NCBI GenBank assembly: GCA_964016885.1
Contig: OZ024749.1
Location: 29,822,001 to 29,886,000 of the forward strand
Origin: Eledone cirrhosa
Lineage: Eukaryota
Length of the DNA: 64,000 bases
Direction: 5' to 3'
Shown here one piece after another: positions 55,996-64,000 of the stretch. The translations under genes and the position numbers were made by a program. The stretch's first letter is position 1, and every line of letters begins with the position of its first letter. The notes under the pieces are model-generated. The model was not told the origin of the DNA. It saw only the letters and a program-made list of their open reading frames with translations, and did not search any database.

Positions 55996-56682
55996 GATAT
56001 CATTCGGAGTGATGGGCTGGGCTGCCCAAGCTTGTAGTCGCCGCATGCTGTTTGACGGCTAAACAAAGACATAATCTTTACTCTATAATAAAATTTAAGT
56101 GTCTTCATAAAAGACTCTTTCTTTGCCTAAACCTCGCAACCGTAAAAATGTTAAACTGTTTAACTTTAAATTTTCTAATTTCTTTAATATTAAATATTAA
56201 TTTTTAACTTCATCCTATAAGTCTAAACAAAAACGTAACGTTCCAATCTTCTGCTCACACATTATAACACACTGACCCCCACTGTATTTACCTGTGAACA
56301 TTTTTTTTCGCGCCACTCCTGGCCTGACTGTAGTCTGACATTAATATCGACCTTTCTTCCTCTTTCTTTCTATCTTTCTTCTTGTAGCCATCAACCCTGA
56401 CTTTTCTACTTCTTCCTTTTCTTCCTTCTCTTCTCCCTTCTTTCTGTCTTCCTTCCGCTGACTTATCTTCCTTCCCCTTTTTATTTGCCTATATTTGACC
56501 GGAAACATATATTTGACCGGTAGTAGTTGTTAAGATACGGGTCCCTTAGAATAAAAAATTTCTTCGCGACAATCCTGGCCTGACTGTAATACCGACCTTT
56601 CCTCCTCTTTCTTTCTGTCTTTCTTCTTATAGCTGACATTAACCCTGGCTTCTCTTCATCTTCCTTCCCCCTTCTTCTCTCT

Positions 56683-56729
<47 letters not shown>

Positions 56730-56938
56730 CTTTTCTTGTGGCATGAGATTAACGCTAACTTATGTTCCCATCCCTTTCTATTTTCCTTTATTTGACCGGT
56801 AGTAGCACACTGTAAGCTTTAGCCACGTCACTCGAGGGCGACCGTCAAAGGTAGAAGATGCTGGATGGCGGTCGCCCTCGGGTCTTTGATTTTCAGCCCC
56901 ATGGATTTTATCTATTACATTCACTTATTATATTTCGA

Positions 56939-56996
56939 ATACCTGATGATATCACCGGATTCATACGGAACCCGGTCATTGAAATGATCATAGTAT
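56939..56996 (+). ncRNA. Type I hammerhead, additional family
   Basis: ATAC-CTGATGA-..ACCGG/CCGGT..-GAAA-TGATCA-TA-GTAT, followed by AATAAA, a short tail and (TA)n. Confidence 0.75.
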
Positions 56997-57053
56997 AATA
57001 AACCTTTCAAGGATTTACACAAATCCAGCCTCCTGTCATTTCATTATAATTAT

Positions 57054-57124
<71 letters not shown>

Positions 57125-57125
<1 letters not shown>

Positions 57126-58155
57126 CGTTTCTGAATTTGTTTAGTAAGATTCTTTATCTGAAAACGTGTGTTGAAACCGATATTGTTATACTTTGGGAGG
57201 GTCATGTTGCCAATAAGAAACACACGCACCAGTTTATTTCACTGTAATTTATTATAATACATTTATAAATTTAGAAATTTATAAATTTCCGGTTGGTTGG
57301 TTCCAATTCACTTCTAGGGGTTGTATCGATGAACATTACACTCTGGTATTTATTGCTATCATACCATGAGTTTATTCTATTAGCCTTATTCCTAGTTCTT
57401 TCTATTCTATTCCAAAATTTTCTCCTATACAAGGGGCAGGTCCCATTTGTGTCATTATTTACCATTTTTCCCCATTTGGTTCTGGCTCCTCTATACACTC
57501 TGATTTTTTAGCTGTAAAACTAGAAATGTAGTATATAGCATTAGATGTACTGAAGGACATAGTAGAGATAAAAATATAGTGTACATAGGTGAAACAGCTC
57601 GTAGTGTAGGGGAACGGATAAATGAACACTGGCGAGACCTTCAAGATAGTAAAGAATCATCTGTACTCTACCAACATGCTAAAATAGAACATAAGGGTAA
57701 ATTAGAGAACATAGAAATAAAAATAGAATCTACACACAGAAAAGACGCAATCTTTAGACAAATCACAGAGGCAAAAACATAAAAGAATTACAACCAAAAT
57801 TGAATAGAAAACATGAGTGGAACAGCAACATCACAACTTACAATTAAGGACAAAATGAAAACACACACGCACATAGAACAAACAACCAACCAGTAACATG
57901 TAAATAAACAAATAAATAAACGAATATAAACACACACAGACACCCGGATGTGGCGTATGCTCAGACTGAGCACACAACACACACACACAGAAACAAGATG
58001 GCGTAGGACAGAACAAAGGAGAGGCACAAAAAGAAAGAAAAGAATCCTCAGTCACTGAAGAGGTCACAGAATGTGTGACGAAAGAACTTTGACAATATAT
58101 AAACAACCATCTGGTTGTGGAACCAACCAACCAACCGGAAATTTATAAATTCCTA

Positions 58156-58160
<5 letters not shown>
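57125..58160. mobile_element. Rearranged Penelope-like element, family K
   Basis: Inverted terminus 57125-57305; minus-strand RT-linker piece (PLYRRKFW..WY..YQSVMFIDTTPRSEL); plus-strand GIY-YIG; HHR at 58051-58093; (TA)n flanks. Confidence 0.88.
57510..57830 (+). pseudogene. PLE GIY-YIG endonuclease fragment
   Basis: SCKTRNVVYSIRCTEGHSRDKNIVYIGETARSVGERINEH...LYQH...RQITEA. Confidence 0.9.
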
Positions 58161-58190
<30 letters not shown>

Positions 58191-58638
58191 TATATATAGT
58201 GGTAGAACACTGGGAGGTAATATCCAAAGTGGTAGAGCACTCAGTCCATGGGACGAGTTTTTCTCCTCTATGTTGAGAAAAAATTTGGTCTTTCCGACTG
58301 CTGCTAGCGATAGTGGTGGCCGATTGACCTACCTCCCTCTGCCTCTATCTTTACTTCGGCCCTTGAAAAAATTGATTCCACTTCATTTACTCTCATCTCG
58401 GGAACAGTTTTGGATAGCGCTAGTTCGTAATTTAAATTCAAGAATTTTATATTCTTCGAATGAAAAGAACCTTCTGACGAGAATCTTTCTTTGCAACGAA
58501 GGCCGTATGGTCTCCGTTTATTTTTGAGATTCGAAACCGATTCGGTAAAGGTAACTATAGTAGGTAATGTTAATTTTTTAAAATTTATTTTGAAACTTTT
58601 TCCTTATTTGCTAAACCTTGTTTATATATATATATATA

Positions 58639-58834
58639 GGAACGAGTAGGACCCCGACGGCTGAGCTCAAGCCGTTTCGACGGCTAATTCTGGACTAATC
58701 CAGAATTAGCCGTCGAAACGGCTTGAGCTCAGCCGTCGGGGTCCTACTCGTTCCTATTACCCACTCTACTACCCTAAGTATTGAGTACTTTGGTGCGTTA
58801 TGGTCCACCTGGTTCCTTACCACATTTCCTTCGT

Positions 58835-58835
<1 letters not shown>
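58639..58835 (+). mobile_element. Family A fold-back element
   Basis: Perfect arms around ctggactaatccag, plus tail, in (TA)n. Confidence 0.85.
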
Positions 58836-58866
<31 letters not shown>

Positions 58867-59763
58867 AAAGGTTATAGAGTATATTTTAGCAACCCTATTT
58901 TAATGACCATTCCCAGGTCAATTTCTGAAGAATTTTCTGGTAGACATTTCACCAAATACTAATGCTCTTTATATTGATCTTGAATGAAAAGATTCCGTTA
59001 AGCTGATATATTCAAATTCATCTTCTATAGACTAATGGAAATTTGTAGAAGTTCTACTACCGATGAGAACAACACTATTTTGCTTTTACTATCAGGAGGC
59101 ATAATAGGCCTCGATGAATGTAAATGTTTAAATTATGACGGAGGGAAATTGGATGGTTGTATTGTTGGCAGCATCTTTAGAACGTTGGATAGTATACATA
59201 TTTATTTCTCTACTACGTCGAATTGTCAGAGTTAAACATTAGATGCTTTCTAGGAATTTGTACTGTTTCTCTCATCTCTGAGTTCAAATCCCGTCCGAGT
59301 CAACTTTGCATTTTATCCTTTCCCGGGTCGGTCAATATAATACCATTCCAGGAGGGGTGGTGTGATGGAACTGTTAAAGAGGCGGACGGGATGCCTTGTG
59401 CTCAGTGTATTTTGAGTTCAAATCCCGCCTCCTTTTGCATGTAAGGATTTTGGCGACAGGAGAGGATTCAGTGTAGTAGAAACCATAACAATAGGAGGTG
59501 AGAGGATTTTTAGTTGTGTCTAGGGCGCGACAGGCTATAGTGATGGAAGGTATACACAATAAACGCACCCAGTACACTCTGTAAACTTGTTGGTGTTAGG
59601 AAGCGCATACAGCCGTCGGAAACTTGCTAAACAAAGAGTCGAAAAAACTCTTTACCTATGTCAAGGACATGGCATCCTAATTAGAATTGCTACCATGCGA
59701 CCATGATAAGTTGCATGCAGTCTGTGGGGAATGTCCAGCCCTTGCCAGCAGGGAAAACGGATG

Positions 59764-59799
<36 letters not shown>

Positions 59800-59801
<2 letters not shown>

Positions 59802-60134
59802 CTTTGATAGTTTCGTCCAGTATTAGCCCATGTCATGTCTAACTTAATACCACAGCCTGGCGAAGTCTTTCAAATCAGGATTTGGACACCTTGGTCCACT
59901 CAAGTAGAGAGTTATTATTTGTGGAAACATATCCGCGTGTAGGAGGTTTATCCGGGATTTCTTGAAGGAATTTTTCCAAGGACTTCTTGAACTTTACTTT
60001 GTTTCAGTTTTATTGTATTTTGGTGTAATGTTAAAGAGAGCGGGGCCAATTGAAGTGAAATAATTGTGCCGTATTGTTATTATGAGATGCGAGTGTGATT
60101 TTTGTCGCGGGCGGATAGCACGGAGCCCAAGAAG
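59800..60134 (-). mobile_element. 3' end of a CR1-group-like LINE
   Basis: Minus-strand FTSIGPALFNITPK / FKKSLEKFLQEIPDKP..GY....NSLLEW (one frameshift); a similar terminus occurs at ~43440-43515. Confidence 0.6.
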
Positions 60135-60684
60135 AATATTCTAGTTGCAACATTTCTCTCCCTCTCTGTGTGCCCCTCTCCCTATTTTTCACTATATACA
60201 TATATCTATATCTCTATATATATACGCACCGCCATTACACACCCTCCACAAGAATAAATGATGTCTGTATATTTGTTGACCGCTAGTGGGTTTTCCGTGA
60301 AATCTAATTTTCCAAATTTGTCTAGATAACGGAACCTGTTACGATTCAATATTTATAACGGTAATATCTCATTAAAGAAATAGACAATCTAGATTTCCTG
60401 CGGCGTTTTTCAATAAATAAATAAAGCTAAAGTGCAAAAGGGCAGTGGAATCTAATCTCAGTAGTGGTTTGTATCAGAAAAAAATAAAGAGGAAAAACCT
60501 GTTGGCAGATGTAAAAGAAACATAGCTATGACTGCTATAGAAATACATGGTGAGATTAATTTCTGTAGAGCATTTTTTTTTATAAAGGGAATAATTTTAT
60601 AAGAAGCTACAACAATAGGAGCGAATGAGAGAAGAGGTATTTTTTGTTGTGCGAATATGTGTAGGATTGGATATATATACATCT

Positions 60685-60847
<163 letters not shown>

Positions 60848-60886
60848 AACATATATAATTGAAACCAAAATCTCGATTGGAGATTT

Positions 60887-60917
<31 letters not shown>

Positions 60918-61452
60918 ATATGTATATATGTGTATACACATATGTATGTTTATGCATGTATATATATACGTATAAAGACATACGCTATCTCTCTCAGATA
61001 CACACACACACAAACACAAACTAAAAAAAACACACATGTACATATGTGAGAGATATAGGATGAATCCTAGCGCCATCATTGCTCGCTCAATGATTCTGGG
61101 CTTCTGAATATTCCTAGCTTTTCATAGCCAAACTTGTAAACACTGAGTTAGTTTCGTAAACGTAGAAATATATAGCTGTTTCTGTGTCGAACATGGAATC
61201 CAATTTTTACAGCTAAAATTGTGTTGAGATCTCTTCAGGGTAAAGGAAAATGGAACTGGAGAACATAACAGAAAGTAAATAATGTATCTATTAGTTGTCG
61301 GGCTATTGTCAGTTGGAGGTCTATCGAAGAAGGCTGTGGTGTGCAAAAGAAGCTACTTGGTTCCATAGAGATTTTTTCTAAGTTAATTACGTTACCAGAT
61401 ACTAGATTAAGCTTTTTTAGAATACGATTGGAAATTCTATTCCCGTTTTAGA

Positions 61453-61518
<66 letters not shown>

Positions 61519-61663
61519 TATGTATAGATATGTATCAAATTCTTTTTACAAAACACAAGAATCCCAAATGCAGCAGAAAAGTGCAACTACAAAGAATTGT
61601 GTACCTGTATATGTTTGTGTAATGAAAGACTTCTACAAAATATGTTGTGCCAAAGTATATAAA

Positions 61664-61770
<107 letters not shown>

Positions 61771-61880
61771 AGGAAGTTATAGTTCACTCGAAGCATTGGC
61801 AAGCTATCTAGAACACTGGTTAACCGCTTTACTTCCCTCCAAAGAAGAGATATTATCTCGAAAATTATACATATACAAAC

Positions 61881-61917
<37 letters not shown>

Positions 61918-62037
61918 AACGAGTAGGACCCCGACGGCTGAGCTCAAGCCGTTTCGACGGCTAATTCTGGACTCAGAATATATATAGACATTTATGGTAC
62001 GTCAAATTTATTTATTTATAAAACTGCTTATATATTG

Positions 62038-62103
62038 TATTTTATCTGAAGAAGGCATGCCATATTTTTAATATGGTATCCCTGAAATATGTATAATGAA
62101 ATA
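62038..62103 (+). ncRNA. Type I hammerhead, family C (core CTGAAGA)
   Basis: Same fold as 7681-7746; differs at the unconstrained N7 position. Confidence 0.8.
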
Positions 62104-62546
62104 AATATGGTTTTATAAATATAGCTTCCATTTGTTTAATATCGTATATATATACATATATATATATATACATATATGGATATATATACATATATATACA
62201 TATATATACACACATACACACACTCACATATATATATCGTATTTATATACATAAGCACACTCACACAATATTTTTCTAGAAGTTCTCCACACAAACATAT
62301 ACACAAACGTTTTAGTGATTTTGGTGAAAGTAGAAACATTTCTTCCTTAAGACAACTTTTTTGGAGGAGTATTAGAATTTACTGGTTCAAGGTTTGTTGT
62401 CGTGTAAAAACCCCGTGTAGGGGATTGCTGTCTCTTTCCAATTTAAACTTCGTAGTGTTTATAGTTAACAGAGGCGTCTTCTGTAAAAACATATATACAT
62501 ATATACGCAGACACGCACATACATACACACATACACACACAAAATA

Positions 62547-62588
<42 letters not shown>

Positions 62589-62760
62589 GACAGACACAGA
62601 AACATACACATACATATATCACACAAAAAACATATATACATATATATGTATGTACGTATACAGTAGAAATAGACGTGATAAGAATGTCTTTTCTGCTGAA
62701 TGTCACTCTTACTACACTTTCTAAAAGATCTGATTATCAGAAATGTTTTTCTTTTCCTTT

Positions 62761-62814
<54 letters not shown>

Positions 62815-62824
62815 CATATATCTT

Positions 62825-62880
<56 letters not shown>

Positions 62881-63051
62881 CATATATCTTTGTATATATA
62901 TATACATAACATAAATAACATGTATGATGATGTTTTTTATGTGCTTTATAAATATTTACAAAATAATTTGTTTCTCGAACGATATATCTCTTTTTCTTTC
63001 TTATATATATACATATATCTTTTAATATATATATATATATATACATAAATC

Positions 63052-63120
<69 letters not shown>

Positions 63121-63121
<1 letters not shown>

Positions 63122-63337
63122 ACGAAGGAAATGTAGTAAGGAACCAGGTGGACCATAACGCACCAAAGTACTCAATACTTAGGGTAGTAGAGTGGGTAAT
63201 AGGAACGGCTGAGCTCAAGCCGTTTCGACGGCTAATTCCGGACTAAATCATTTAGTCCAGAATTAGCCGTCGAAACGGCTTGAGCTCAGCCGTCGGGGTC
63301 CTACCTCCGATTCAACCCGGAATAACTTACCTATATT

Positions 63338-63393
<56 letters not shown>

Positions 63394-63612
63394 TAAGTTA
63401 TTCCGGGTTGAATCGGAGGTAGCCACAGTAAGTAAGGTACTCAATACATAGAAGAGTATAAAAGTTTTAATATAGAAGAGATTCTACAGGACTAGAACTG
63501 ATCTCACGAATGAAACAGTTAGTTCTAGTCTTGTAGAATCTCTTCTATATTAAAACTTTTATACTCTGCTATGTATTGGTTACCTCCGATTCAACCCGGA
63601 ATAACTTACCTA
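63121..63612. mobile_element. Family A fold-back (63121-63304, -) joined to nested palindromes of another family (63303-63420 and 63452-63578)
   Basis: cctccgattcaacccggaataacttacc occurs three times in alternating orientation; tatagaagagattctacaggactagaac / gttctagtcttgtagaatctcttctata. Confidence 0.75.
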
Positions 63613-63846
63613 TATATATATACAGTATATATAAATATAATTTCAGCGAGATTCGTATTTCGGCCAGGGTCGAAAACAAACGAAACGCAATATCCCTGTT
63701 ATGCTGGCAAGCGGTCCATGGATCAAATAGAGACCAGCGCAATAAACAAAGGTTATAAGGACCAAACAAACTGAGATGGCGGTTAAGAAGCCATCAACCA
63801 CCTGAGCCAAAAAGACGAGGCAAGCTAAACAGGTCAAACAAATAAA

Positions 63847-63914
<68 letters not shown>

Positions 63915-64000
63915 TTCTACAGAACTGTTTCATCCAAAAGGCTTTCCTGGTTATTTCTTTTGAATGAAATAGATCTAGTCTTGTAGAAGACATTTCTATA

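Overview
Eukaryotic, AT-rich, microsatellite-dense DNA, most likely an octopus (coleoid cephalopod). That assignment is inferred from the SINE family and the (TA)n/(CA)n landscape and was not checked against a database. The only host coding sequence I can support is one 122-bp exon of a class A (rhodopsin-family, neuropeptide-type) GPCR at 50493-50614 (+), so much of the window is probably intron. Conventional TEs include a nearly intact Tx1/L1-clade LINE (1-3910, one in-frame stop), two Helitron remnants, a decayed mariner, hAT and piggyBac MITEs, and many tRNA-derived SINEs, among them a 10-copy cluster. The dominant hidden signal is a dense set of Penelope-like-element (PLE) termini sitting in (TA)n tracts. 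Roughly ten unrelated families carry type-I hammerhead ribozyme (HHR) motifs, several with compensatory changes between copies. Three are physically linked to GIY-YIG endonuclease fragments, and most insertions are fold-back palindromes with a one-sided tail. A non-coding 420-bp head-to-tail unit with one minimal HHR per monomer occurs at three loci and looks like a non-LTR retrozyme (candidate 420-nt circular RNA). One family appears to fold back precisely inside ribozyme stem II, and one SINE copy shows the same fold-back architecture. Most entries in the ORF track are microsatellite artefacts.
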